Source: the human T2T-CHM13v2.0 reference genome, Homo sapiens. Taken from it: a DNA stretch of 64,000 bases. The DNA is taken from assembly GCF_009914755.1 (NCBI RefSeq), contig NC_060934.1, one strand, 5' to 3'. Made by a program: the position numbers and the translations under genes. The notes under the pieces are model-generated. The model was not told where the DNA came from and did not search any database. It saw only the letters and a program-made list of their open reading frames with translations. Shown one piece after another: positions 1 through 16,190 of the stretch. How positions within the stretch are numbered: the first letter of the stretch is position 1; each line of letters opens with the position of its first letter.

Positions 1-115
1 ACCATTTTGTACATGAAGACTTAGAGAGACAAGTGTCTGGGTAAAAGTCACACACAAATAAACGACAAAATCAAGAATCAAATCCATGTTTCCTGATTCT
101 TAGACTGGTGTTACT
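1..115 (-). mobile_element. MIR SINE fragment
   Basis: Degenerate reverse MIR core (ccattttgtacatgaagac...agtcacaca...aatcaaatcc). Confidence 0.55.
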
Positions 116-1479
116 TCCCCCTTAAGCCTATAATTAAATAACCCAAGAATGTAGTAAATATTTCTTCCCTTGAGACTTTTAAAACAAGTCAGAACACAGT
201 AATAGGGAACTCTCAGGAGGAATAGTTCTCTCTGGGCAGAGATGAAATTGGATATCCTAATAGATCTTTTCCAAATCTAATCATCTCACTCTCTGAAAGG
301 CTCTGGCTAAATGCATGTTCATTATCGTTTTATTCTAAGTTAACTGGAAAACAAGATTGATTGACATGTTGGAGGTATTCAACATTTATATGCAGGAAAT
401 TTAGGAGACTTTAAACACATTCAAGAAAGGTTTTCTTAAAATAGCTCATGCTGCTTTTTACAGTGAAATACTCTGCACCAAAACAGATGCTTTCTAAAAT
501 TTTATACCACTGCTCTTCCCAAGCAGATGACCTTGATGTGCTCAGGACCATGGAGGCAATGGGCAGCCTTCCTAACCTGGAAGAGAAAAGAAATACTGTG
601 GCTTCTTATCTATTCCTCCGTGTCCACAGATAAATTTTTGCTCATTTTCATTGCTTTTCAAATGTTCCAATTCTGACCTCTATTCACAATGGAAAATAGG
701 AACACTATACATTTTGATTGTAGTTTAAAGTATCTTCATGTATTTTGTTTTATTCAATGCCCAGTACAATGTGTAATACTCATGTTTCAGAGAAGGAAGA
801 GCATCCCACAATGAAAGTGACATTGTGCAAAATCACATGTGATAAGAGTCAGGATTGAATTCACAGCGTTGTAAGGCTATTTCAGACCTTAAAAAAAAAA
901 AAAAACTCCTTGGTTTTAACCAAAATAAGTTTAACATTTACATTGGTTGTTTCTATGCAAAACAAAATAAAACAAAAACTTGGTAAAACTATGGAGTCTG
1001 CAAATTGTGTTTTTTATCCCCCTTTGGTGTTTCTGAGATGTATTCTAGGTATGTAGAGCTCTTTTAAGACAAAACACATCCCAAAAAGAATAGATTCTTA
1101 AAAAGTTTATCTTCTTGAAAGAGTGATAGACTTCTCACCAGTTCATTCAGGATAATGATGTTTGCAAGAATAAGTTTTGTTCCCTTCGTTTAAATAACTC
1201 TCTTTAATATTATTAATTCCTGAATAATACTAGAAGAAATAATTATTTTGGGGGGTAGTTTTTAAAGTCAGTAAAATAATTGTAAAATTGACATCTTTTT
1301 GTACCCCTCATCTTGATATGTAAAACAATTTCAAAAATCAAGATGTAGGTATACTTGAAGTGTGGTTTGGACACTAGCTATTGATCCCTACCCACGGTAC
1401 ATGAAGCCCTTACCTAGAAGTGAATGGGAGACTTTCCGTGCTGATTCAACAAATTTCCTGAGTACAAAAGAAGCTGTTA

Positions 1480-1975
1480 TTCTCAGAAGCATCCTAGATT
1501 TCTTTCATTTGCCTTCTAACACCAATCATTCAGTCCTATGGATTCTACTGCCTGAATATAAGTCAAGTGCACCAGTTCTGCCCATCACTCTGAACCAATG
1601 CCATTCAAGCCACTGTTTCTCATTTGGGCCAATGAAACTTATCTCTAGACCTCCTATTTGTCATCCACCCTCCACAGTGCTATCAGAATGCCTATAAAGC
1701 TCAAACATGATCACATCACTCAGTTGACTAAAATCATTCAATAGAGCCCAAGTGCTCTCAAGCTAAAGTCCATACTCCATACTATATGAAGGTCCCTTCG
1801 TGTTCTGGCTCTAGTACTAACTCCCCTTTCTCCATCCTTTCTATCCTATCTTCTTTCCATGCCTCCCTGTCATATACATATTCTACCACTCATTGCGGTA
1901 GCAATACTGAGCTATTTTCAATTCAAGGAAGACTATGGGCTCCCAAATCTCTAGACTTTCATATATAATGATTCA
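1480..1975 (+). mobile_element. LINE-2 3' region fragment
   Basis: Degenerate L2 motifs (cagtcctatggattctactgcctgaatat; aaacatgatcacatcactc; taaagtccatactcc). Confidence 0.6.
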
Positions 1976-1988
1976 TAAAATATTTGTG

Positions 1989-2314
<326 letters not shown>

Positions 2315-2492
2315 TCATGTTTTAGCAGAGGGGTCATTTCATCTATGAAGATTCTCTGAGTACTGACCCCAGCCATGGCTCTTGCTACATCTTGAAGCAT
2401 TTCATTATCTGAGTGTCCTCCTATGCTGTTCCATACAATCTTAGTTACTACCTGGTTGGTTGGTCCTTGCAACAATCACCTGTCATTTAGAT

Positions 2493-2798
2493 CAGCGGTC
2501 CCCAAACTTTTTGGCACCAGGAACCAGGTTTGTGGAAGACAATTTTTCTGTGGACTGGAGTGGAGATGGTTTTGGGATGAAACTGTTCCATTTCAGATGA
2601 TCAGGCATAAGATTCTCATAAGGAGCACACAACCTAGATCCCTCGCATGCTCAGTTCACAATAGGGTTCATGCTCCTATGAGAATCTAATGCTGCTGTTG
2701 ATCTGACAGCAGGCAGAACTCAGGTGGTAATGCTCACTTGCCTACCACTCACTTCGGGCTGGCCTGCCTGGTTTCTAACAGGGGGCTTGGGGCCCCTA
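2493..2798. mobile_element. MER1B hAT-Charlie MITE
   Basis: Ends cagcggtccccaaactttttggcaccagg and ggggccccta; imperfect 8-bp TSD atttagat/acttagaa. Confidence 0.85.
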
Positions 2799-3079
2799 AC
2801 TTAGAATATAATAGTCAACATTTTAGAGATATGGTTTGTTGTCTTTTTCATTGTAGCATCTAAAAGCTACTGAATAAATATTTCATGGATGTGTGAATGA
2901 ATGAATAGATAAGTAGCATTTCTCAGGCAAATAATGTTTGATGTTAGAAATATACCAAAGACATACACCTTAATATGAATATAATTCTGTACTTTGGACA
3001 AAGATATCCCATACACTTATATTCTTTTAACTAGATCTCCCTAGCTATTCTTTATTTTCTCCTCCTTCTCAATTCCATC

Positions 3080-3438
3080 TGTTCAGTACTGATGTCATTC
3101 AATCCCCCACTTTATATGTTGAAACCCTAACCCCCCAGTGTGATGGTATTTGGAGGTGAGGCTCTGGGAACATAATTAGGTTTAGATGAGATTATGAGAA
3201 TGGGGTTCCAAGACAGGATTAGTTTTTTATAAGGGGGAGGAAAGACGAGAGCTCTCTGTCATGTCCTGTCCACTATGTGAGGGTACAGCAAGCCAGAAAG
3301 AGGGCCCTCACCAATAACCAAGGTTATGGCACCTTGATCTTGAGCGTCCAGCCTCCAGAACTATGAGAAGTAAATATCTACTGTTTAAGCCACTCAGTCT
3401 TTGGTATTTTGTTACAGCAGCCTGAGCTGACTGAGACA
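3080..3438 (+). mobile_element. MLT1A-type MaLR solo LTR
   Basis: TG...CA ends; tatgttgaaaccctaacccc and ccagcctccagaactatgaga motifs; perfect 5-bp TSD CCATC (3075-3079 / 3439-3443). Confidence 0.9.
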
Positions 3439-4857
3439 CCATCCAACAACCCTAATACCACTCATAGAGTCTCTGCACATCTGTAAGAATAAAGGCCTCT
3501 GAAGCTGGGGTAGTGCATGTGAATAGATGAGGCTGTTGTCAAATGGATGCTGTTACATTCTTTGAGAGGAGCCATTTGCTCACCCTGAGTCAAGCTGTCA
3601 AAATTTGACAGTTACAGTCAAAGGAGTACCTGGAGCTTAAAAAGGTCAGAGAAGTAAGGCATGACCAAATTATTCCCAGATGGCTGAGGCTGTCAATGTT
3701 ATTTAAAATAATCTATACTGAAGATGCTGGAGATGAATGCCCGCTTTAGCCCAGGAAAAGTCTATGTTCATCATGACTTCTGCGTCACTCCCTACCTCTT
3801 CTTGTTCCACACATCTCTCAAGGAAGACACCTACCTATTCACTTGGCACTCCATCTAGACCTTTTCAGGATTCCCATAGGGCAAGCACAGCTTATAAAAA
3901 CTTCAACTTCTCAATTAGAGGAAAGGTTGAGAAGAAAAAGTCAGTCTTCTGGTGTTTAAACCGTGTTTCTGCACACAGTCTCTCTAGGCAAGGAGGGAAG
4001 AATTGAACAAGGAAGAATCCCTGGCTTAATTTGACTTCTAATTTAAACAAAGATGAAAGGACTCTTCGCATTATGTTATTGATTTGTTTAACATGCATCT
4101 ACCATGTGCCTACTCCAACCCAGACTCTGGGCTGGAAACTAGCTCCTTCCCTTGAGGATCTCACAAGCCAAGTGGGGATAGGGTAGGCAGGCAAGTGACA
4201 GAAAACAAACTATTAGCAGCATTAATAAATGACTACAATTATTGGAACTGTTTCATTCATTAAATCAATAATTATTTTCTCAGTATATACTAGGTGTTTG
4301 GTTATGTGTTGAAAACTGATATACAAAAATAATAAATGTAACATTTGTGCTCTCAAGGGACTTTCAGCTCTCAGTGGAAAAACTGCTGAGATAAACAATG
4401 AGATTACAAAAAGAAACATATTAGGAAGGAATGAATGTTTCATGTTCTAGGATGTCTGTTACTGACAGATCCATCTTGTCTCTGGATCCATCTTATCTCT
4501 GGGGCAATAAATTGCCTATACACATTAAAATGATCTGTTTAGTGTCCTCTCTGGCAAACTATATGTTGCTCACACCATCTACACAAGGAAAAGGAAAAGA
4601 GAAAAATACAGACTGGCTTCCAGGAGTGCTGGATTCTGCTTTCCACTTGTTTTCTAAATACCTGTGTGACCTTGGAGGGCAATTTGGATAGACAGCACTT
4701 TAGTGCCTTTAGGGCTGGTGTTCAGAAGCAGAACATCATTCTCTGGGGGGAATGATGACTTCCGAGAAGAGAACATCATTCTCTGGAGGGAATCCTGACA
4801 GCAAGCCAAGACCTCAACCTTTACAGAGCTAGGTTATGGATACAACATTGCCTCCCC

Positions 4858-5050
4858 AAGTGGTTCCAAAACCCAGCTGCAGAATAGTATCACCGGGGAG
4901 CTCCTTAAAAATAGTGTTTCTGGGTGCATCCCCAGAAATACTAACTCAGTGTCTGTGGTGAGATCAGGAATCTGTATTTGAACACATTTCACACATTTCC
5001 CAAGGTAATTCCGATATACTGCTTGCTTGGTATTACCAACCTTCAGTTCT
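4858..5050. mobile_element. MER5A-like hAT MITE
   Basis: agtggttccaaaacccagctgc...tcaccggggagctccttaaaaata...caggaatctgtattt. Confidence 0.7.
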
Positions 5051-5232
5051 AACACTGAACTCCGACATGTCATTAAAGACCCTTCACAATCTGGCCCCAG
5101 CCTATCTCTAGAGACAGATTGCTTGTCATTACCAGGCCACAATCCGGCCCCAGCAATCATAAACAACATGCACTCCAGACTAACTTTTGCTTTCCAATGC
5201 TTACACACATGCCATTTCCTCTCTTACCTTTC

Positions 5233-5537
5233 TTTCTTTTCTTTTTTTTTTTTTTTTGAGATGGAGTCTCGCTCTGTTGCCAGGCTGGAATACAGTGGCG
5301 AGATCTCAGTTCACTGAAACCTCTGCCTCCCAAGTTCAAATGATTTTCCTGCTTCAGCCTCCAAAATAGCTGGGACTACAGACACCCGCCACCACGCCCA
5401 GCTAATTTTTTTGGATTTTGGTAGGGACAGAGTTTCACCATGTTGGTCAGGATGGTCTCACTCTCCTGACCTTGTGATCCATCCCCCTCAGCCTCCCAAA
5501 GTGCTGGGATTGCAGGCATGCACCACCACGCCCGGCC
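5233..5537 (-). mobile_element. Alu, AluSc-like, inserted in an L2 relic
   Basis: Poly(T) followed by reverse Alu; 16-bp TSD tcctctctta(c/t)ctttc at 5217-5232 / 5538-5553. Confidence 0.95.
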
Positions 5538-6542
5538 TCCTCTCTTATCTTTCTAAGCACATCAAACCATGGCTTCTCATTTCAAGACATAACTCAGGTT
5601 TCTCTTGCTTGAGAAACCATTCCTGACTCCTTGAGCCAGCCTTAACTGGCTCCTTCTCTGTGCTCCAACAGTACTCTATTTAAACATAAAGTGTAAATAT
5701 AGGTTTCTCCCAACTAGGTCACAAGCACCATGGCTATTTTTATTTATCTCTGTATCAAAATATCTAATAATTATTCTGGAAATACATTAGGTATTCAACA
5801 AATAATTAAGTGAATGAACAGAAACTAGGAAGAAGTATGCAATTATCAAAACTAGGGCATAACATCACAGCAGGAATTAAGTCACAGAAGGTCTGATTTA
5901 GTACCAATCTTGGGAAAATTGGGGCATTGGATAGTGTTTTCAGACAGGATAGAGCCAGTTATGATCTCAGCCTTTTATTAAGATATCCATCAAATAAGAT
6001 TTAATAATATTTGGATGTGAATTTTAACTGTCCTACCCCAACTAACTCTTTGCAAACATGATCTATACTGTGAAGGATTGTTCCAGATTCTGGGCATAGT
6101 CAAATGGCCTCAGAAAGTGAAAAAAAAAAAAAAATTGAGAACAGGAGCTATCCAGGTCATTAAATGGAAAGTATGTCATCCGTATTTCTAAGTTTCCCTA
6201 AGTTTTTATTGCACATTTTTTTCATCTTCTTTCTCAACTAGGTTTGGGATGCTACTGTCCCCTCCATACAGCATCTTCTAATACAGAGATGAATATTAAA
6301 TTGGCCATAGCTAATTGATATGAAAATCTTACATTCAGGTAATTCTGGAGTTCAAGGCATCCCTGGAATGGCATCTAGTGAAAAAATGAACACTATTAGC
6401 TTTACGTGAGTATTAAGACTTTTTTCCAGTATATCACAGGGTAAGAGAAAGTATTTTATTGTATAGAATGTACTGATTAATACCCAGAGCCAATTAAGAT
6501 TTCAAAAGAAAGGTCTCAGTAGAACAATCCCCATAATCATAG

Positions 6543-7992
6543 TGTGTCCAGAATTGGTGGGTTCTTGGTCTTGGTGACTTCAAAATGAAACCACAGACCC
6601 TCACAGTGAGCGTTACAGTTCTTAAAGATGGTGTGTCCAGGGTTTGTTCCTTCAAATGTTCAGATGTGTCTGGAGTTTCTTCCTTCTGGTGGGTTCGTGG
6701 TCTCGCTGACTTCAAGAGTGAAGTTGCAGACATTCGCAGTGAGTGTTACAGCTCTTAAAGACGGTGTCTCTGGAGTTGCTCATCCCTTCCAGTGGGTCCG
6801 TGGTCTCACCAGTTTCAGGAGTGAAGTTGCAGACTTTCGTGGTGAGTGTTACAGCTCTTAAACGCTGCGTGGACCTAAAGAGTGAGCAGCAGCAAGATTT
6901 ATTGCAAGAAGCGAAAGAACAAAGCTCCCACAGTGGGAAGGCAACCTGCGCTGCTGGCTGGGGCAGCCTGCTTTTATTCCTTTATCTGACTCCACCCACA
7001 TCCTGCTGATTAGTCCATTTTACAGAGAGCTGATTGGTCCATTTTATGAAGAGCTGATTGGTCCATTTTACAGAGAGCTGATTGGTCCGTTTTGACACGG
7101 TGCTGATTGGTGTGTTTACAAACCTTAAGCTAGACACAGAGTGCTGATTGGTGCATTTACAATCCTTTAGCTAGAAACAGAGTGCTGATTGGTGCATTTA
7201 CAAACTTTGAGTTAGACACAAAGTGTGGATTGGTGCATTACAATACTACAGCTAGACATGAAAGTTCTCCAAGTCCCTACCAGATTAGCTAGACACAGAG
7301 TGCTGATTGGTGCATATACAATCCTCCAGCTAGACATAAAAGTTCTCCAAGTCCCCACTAGACTCCGGAGCCCAGCTGGCTTTGCCAAGTGGATCCCGTG
7401 GCGGGGGCCGCAGATGGAGCTGCCCACCAGTCCCGCACCGCACACCAGCACCCCTCAGCCCTTGGGCGGTCAATGGGACCTGGTGCTGTGGAGCAGGGGG
7501 CAATGCCCATTGGGGAAGCTCAGGCTGCACAAGAGCGGGGGTGGGGCTTGGGCATGGCGGGCTGCAGGTCCTCAGCCCTGCCCTGCAGGGAGGCAGCTGA
7601 GGCCCGGCAAGAATTCCAGCACAGTGCGCGTGGGCTGGCAGTGCTGGGGGATCCAGGGCACCCTCCGCAGCTGCTGGCCCAGGTGCTAAGCCCCTCACTG
7701 CCCAGGGCTGGTGCTGGCTGACCACTCCAAGTGTGGGGCCTGCCAAGCCCATGCCCACCTGGAACTTGCACTGGCCTGCGAGCGCTGCGAGCAGACCCGG
7801 TTCCCACCTGTGCCTTCCGGTCTACACCTCCCCGCAAGCACAGGGAGCTGGCTCCAGCCTCGGCCAGCCCAGAGAGGGGCTCCCACAGTGCAGTGGCGGG
7901 CTGAAGGGCTCCTCAAGCATGGCCAGAGTGGGCGCAGAGGCTGAGGAGATGCCTAGAGCGAGCAAGGGCTGCTAGCACGTTGTCACCTCTCA
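6543..7992 (-). mobile_element. LTR12 (ERV9) solo LTR, LTR12D/E-like
   Basis: Minus strand starts TGAGAGGTGACAACGTGCTAGCAG and ends AATTCTGGACACA; 4-bp TSD ATAG (6539-6542 / 7993-7996); tandem CTGATTGG enhancer repeats; GC-rich U3. Confidence 0.95.
6960..7330 (-). promoter_or_regulatory. LTR12 promoter/enhancer: about 8 CCAAT (NF-Y) boxes plus an AATAAAAG TATA-equivalent
   Basis: GATTGG at about 7032, 7056, 7080, 7105, 7146, 7187, 7228, 7305; cttttatt at 6971-6978; known ERV9 LTR architecture. Confidence 0.7.
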
Positions 7993-9060
7993 ATAGCACC
8001 ATTTTTTTTTTTCATAATATATATTCAAGGTATGTGTGTTCATGTGGACATAGTTTAAGATGGGCTGCCTGGAAGGCAAGGGTTCTAGGCATTCATTCTA
8101 AAACTACCACCAGGTCATCATACAAAATTAAGCTCTCTGTTTAAATAATGATGGGCTTTTATGTCAGTAACATTGGCTAATTCTCTTATCATCAATCTAG
8201 GTATCCAGTAGTTCCAGAATAATTGCATCATCCACTTATAATTCTTTCTCTTTTCCTCTAGTATAAACTATTTATCTATGAGCCTGTGTGAGTAGATCAA
8301 GATACGTTTTATTTCATAAGGTAGTGATGAGCAATTTATAATCCAAGTTTTGTGTCAAGAAGTTGAAAAGTAGGTTTAGGGGAATATTGGCAATTGACCA
8401 GCAATGTCTGTTCTGTGTGCAAGAGATGGGAAACATTGGCTCATATTCTAGATTCTTGTGATCCCATTCACAAACAAACCCACAACACACTCACATTATA
8501 GATATTTACTCTACAGCATAAGACTTTGTTGTTACTGGGTATCAGCAGATTCAGTTTGGGAAACTGAGTCACACTGAGAAAATCACGTTCAGTCTTTGAC
8601 TGCTTTTCAACTCAAAACGCCATTAAAAAAATTGAGTCAATCAAGCAAAATATCTCATTTGATGTGGGCATAAGTGAGAAATGCAATTTTATGATATCTT
8701 AAAAATCAGTTAGCATATGAATAAAGTTTTACATTTCCAAAGACATCATGAAGATAATAGAAACTTGAGTTGGTTCCAAAAGAAAAAAAAAATGAGGCAA
8801 AAGAGAATTTGTTTGGTATGATAAAAGTATAAAATAAAAGGTTTGGTGATTTTAACCATACTAGAGTCTACTAAAAGAGATGAAATAAGCACAGGTGACA
8901 GATTTTGTGAGCATAGGTTTATTATTATGTTGTTGTTTCCTAGTAATTTTAAAAGACAATTAGCACTGAAAAATAGTGATCCTATGCTCTAGCGAATTGA
9001 AGTACAATTAGAATTAATGTGAGTAATAAATTAATTAGTTCTGAAGTAAAAACACTGCAG

Positions 9061-9420
<360 letters not shown>

Positions 9421-10657
9421 TCATTTATTCATTTTATAATATGCATAAGCAGGCCAAATTTCAGCATTTTGATATAAAATATTTAAATGTATTTAACAGT
9501 AGCCCTGTAAATATATATTAAGATTTCACCCATTTGCCAGTTTGCCAGTTGGTACAATAAAAATTAGATTGTGAAATGTACTATGATTACTTAGCAAGTG
9601 TATGAGATGAGTCTTTACCAGACCTCTTGATTCTGAAGCCCAGACATTATCTATTCCACATTGTTTTTCAGAATAGTTTATCCATATACATTTCTTGGGA
9701 AGATTCTCTTAGCATAAAACCTTTGAAAATCCATCATGAATTATCTTGGGATGACAAGTCTTTAAGATGTAATTTAATTGTGCTGTTTGTTTTCAATGAT
9801 TGAAACAGTTGAATTAAAGAGAGGTAAAGCTTTTATTAAATGTCTCTTGTTAATGTATAATAAGTTAGAACCAGTAGAGTTATGCAATTGGACTCAAACA
9901 CCATTTTCCCATGATTTTATCTTACAAGTAATGTATTCTCTAAAATAATTTCCTGACAGGGCCTCTCTAGCTTCCAGTCCTCTCAGCTTTGTTCTCCAGA
10001 CACAGAGCCTGCTGACTCTCCTTTTGAAATTGGCACTATTCCTGTATCTTGAACCAATTTTGTCCTTTGTATGGAAATTAAAACAGCCCTAGTTGAGTAA
10101 TTCTTTTGACATTGTATAAAGTCATCCTTTGAGAGGGGAAATGTCATGTGTAGTAGAACCAAATAAACTTAGGTTTCAATACCAACTTGCACTTAAAAAC
10201 TGTGTATCCTTGGATGAATTATTTTTGTTGCATCAAATCTATTTTCCTCTATGATATTCCTTATATAAAGTTAAGAAGGTATCACGTAGCAAGTGCTAAA
10301 TAATGTTAGTTGCCCTCCCTAAATATTTGCATCATAATTATCAAATAAAATCATCATCAAATTTTATTGTTCCGTGGTTACTTCTTAGATGATGATCAGC
10401 TTAGTATTCCCCAATGTCACCAAGTTTTGAATCTAAAGAAGCCTCATGGAATTCTGGAGCAGAAGTCTCCCGATAGGCATGGAGCCTGTGCCCCACTACC
10501 TGCAGATGTACCTCCCAGCTGTGTTCTGCCCAGTGCTCTGCTGACTGGACGCCTCTGTGTCCTTAGACCATGTGCAGGGCCTGATGCAGGAAAGAGCTGA
10601 GAGCCTTCCTTTAATGGAAAGGCCATGTTGTGGGAACATAATGAGTAAGAGACAGAG

Positions 10658-11085
<428 letters not shown>

Positions 11086-11676
11086 TTAAGTGAGAAACAA
11101 GATTTGACAAAATTCTTTCTCTGGCCTTATGGTTATGGGATTTGGATCAATTCATGCAAATGATTCAAGCCCTAGTTTCCACATCACAAAAGAGAGATGC
11201 TGACATCCCAGCAACTCAACCAACAGGATGATAGTGAAAATCACGTCGTGTAATACACACGAAAAGCCTTACCAGTATGTGTAAAGTCATATAAGTGAAA
11301 GTCTTAATAATGATAGCTACTAGAAGCCATGTTTTGGCAAAATGTTATCAACCTGAAAGAACAATATGGGCTCGTTGATTATTTGCTTACTTTATTTTAT
11401 TCAGTTGACTTTCTGTTATATCACACGAAGTTTGGAGGAATAGATTCCTGCTACTTGTGACACTCTTTAATTCTGGCTGGAGGTGGAGCAGAAGGCAACC
11501 CCACCCAGAGCATACAAATGGTCAGTGCTAGCACTGAACATAGGACCACGGGGGAGGGATGGCTTATGCTTTGTAACATCACAAATGGGCTGTTTTTCTG
11601 AAACTGCTAGAAGAATAGGAATTCCCTCTTTGCTACTATTGCTTGGAAACAAGACATAGGAGAGCTTGTGTCTTTC

Positions 11677-11678
11677 AT

Positions 11679-11724
<46 letters not shown>
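11677..11724 (+). repeat. (ATTT)12 microsatellite
   Basis: Perfect tetranucleotide array. Confidence 0.95.
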
Positions 11725-11725
<1 letters not shown>

Positions 11726-11751
11726 TGTGTGCCTTTGTTTATTCCAGAAAC

Positions 11752-11753
<2 letters not shown>

Positions 11754-11783
<30 letters not shown>

Positions 11784-12047
11784 AGGTGGCATTTCATTCT
11801 TGTTGTCCAGGCTGGAGTGCAAGGGTGTGATCTTGGCTCACTGCAACCTCTGCCTCCTGGGTTCAAGCACTTCTCCTGCCTCAGCCTCCTGAGTAGCTGG
11901 GGTTACAGGCATGTACCACTACACCCAGCTAATCTTGTTTTTTTTTAGTAGAGACGGGGTTTCTCTATTTGGTCAGGCAGGTCTCAAACTCCTAACCTCG
12001 GGTGATCCGCCCGCCTTGGCCTCCCAAAGTGCTGGGATTATAGGCGC
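11754..12047 (-). mobile_element. Alu, AluSp/Sq-like, slightly 5'-truncated
   Basis: tttcattcttgttg and ggggtttctc diagnostics; T-rich tail. Confidence 0.92.
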
Positions 12048-12124
12048 ACAAACTTTATTGAGCATCTAGTTGATATCTTAGACCTTCTTATTTCACATCT
12101 GTAAAAAAAAGGAACTAATAACAA

Positions 12125-12370
12125 TAATATTTATATGCACATTTCAATATATTCCATGCATTGTACTAAAAATTTGCCTGTGTTATCTTGTTTAAATTTT
12201 CTAGTGTCCCCTGATGTAAATAGACATTAACTAGGCACATTTTATATGTGAGGGATTTGAAGGTCTTTGGCCTGTCCAGGTCACTCAGCTAGTAAGCATC
12301 AGAGCTGGACTTGAACTTGGCTCTATTTGACTTGAAAGCCAAAGCTCTGAACCACTACATCACACTGCCA
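12125..12370 (-). mobile_element. MIR
   Basis: cattttatatgtgagg...ggtcactcagctagtaag...ggacttgaac...gctctgaaccactac. Confidence 0.7.
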
Positions 12371-12639
12371 CCAATCACAGTACAAGAGAAGATGAAAAGT
12401 GATAGCACATGTCACATGTTCTAGCAGTTTGGCATTTAGCCCCTCCAGCTTGTTAGAGCATGTCTTTTTCATCCTGACTTTTCCTGATTTCTATAGGCAG
12501 GTAAATAAACAAACAAAAACAGTTTAGCTTTCTAGCTAATTTTCCCATGGTGTAAAAACATTTAATATGCAAACTATAAGTCGATAAGAAAACTCACAAT
12601 TCCATGGTATCCCATTAGCTTAGCTTGAATTCCCAAGGA

Positions 12640-12865
12640 GTGTTTAGTATGATGGTGGCCAGCAGGGTCTGGGGCCAGACAGCCTTTGTTTGCATCCTGG
12701 CTCTATAGCTTACTAGCTATATGACCTTTTTTATTTACCTTCCCTGAGTTCAGAGATAATACTGCATATCTCATAGAATTGTTATGAGGATTAGCTGTGT
12801 TTATAATTCAAAGTTCTTGGTATAGTGATTGACACATAGCTGGTGCTCAATAAACGTCAATTATT
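12640..12865 (+). mobile_element. MIR
   Basis: cttactagctatatgacctt...gttatgaggatt...gtgctcaataaacgt. Confidence 0.7.
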
Positions 12866-13085
12866 AAAATAGCTATTATTTATGTGATACCATTGCTGTT
12901 TCACTGGATTCTAGTCTCAAGTTTGAAAGCAGTAAATAATTTCTTCTAGATATTATATTTACTTACATTTAATCCTCAACATCATAAACTTGGAATCTCA
13001 CCTGCTGAATGACTATTCTTCTATAGCTCAAATTCGTGTGTTCTTCAGCCATGTGATAAATTGTCGTTCGATGAACATTGACTCT

Positions 13086-15685
<2,600 letters not shown>

Positions 15686-15979
15686 ATTAACATTAACTCT
15701 ACATACCAGAGTGAACAACAGGTGCTAGAATATAAAAGAAGGTGAATCTCAGCCTTCAAGAGGTACAGCGTTTAATGAATGCTGGGTGACCATTTGGTTA
15801 TTTGTCAAGCCTCTGTGAAGGATATTCTGACGCTGAGTGGCAGTTGCAGTAGTTGACCTTGGGACTCTATATTGGAGAGTCCCCTTTCTGGTTTTTTTTT
15901 TTTTTTTTTCTAAGGCTATCTGGCAGGCTGGATCAGATACACAATAAATGAAAGCTTTTTTTTTTATTACCTTAAAGAG

Positions 15980-16190
15980 GCAGCTTAGTGATATGGGGAG
16001 AGGTCAGATGTTGGTGCTAGAGATCTGAGTTCAAATCCTAGCTTTATCATTTAAGAGTTGTGATCTTGGATCGGTTATTTCACTTCTTTGAGCCTCTACC
16101 TTCATAAAGGGAAGACTATCTAATGAGGATATTGCGAAGAAAAGTCATGATACACACAACGCACCTAGCACAGCTCTGGCATAAAGCAGG
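15980..16190 (+). mobile_element. MIR
   Basis: gatctgagttcaaatcctagc...tgtgatcttgga...gcacctagcacagctctggcat. Confidence 0.65.

Noticed and set aside
4834-5208. 124-aa minus-strand ORF
   Set aside because: Spans MER5A and L2 relics; no recognisable homology
7000-7360. CRISPR-like repeat/spacer pattern
   Set aside because: These are the internal tandem enhancer repeats of LTR12; the spacers are not unique and the context is eukaryotic
6494-7975. Cluster of overlapping 70-154 aa ORFs
   Set aside because: All lie in the GC-rich, repetitive LTR12 on both strands and show no protein-family signature
9010-9022. 13-nt match (agaattaatgtga) to 5.8S rRNA
   Set aside because: Too short, the flanks do not extend the match, and it is expected by chance in AT-rich DNA
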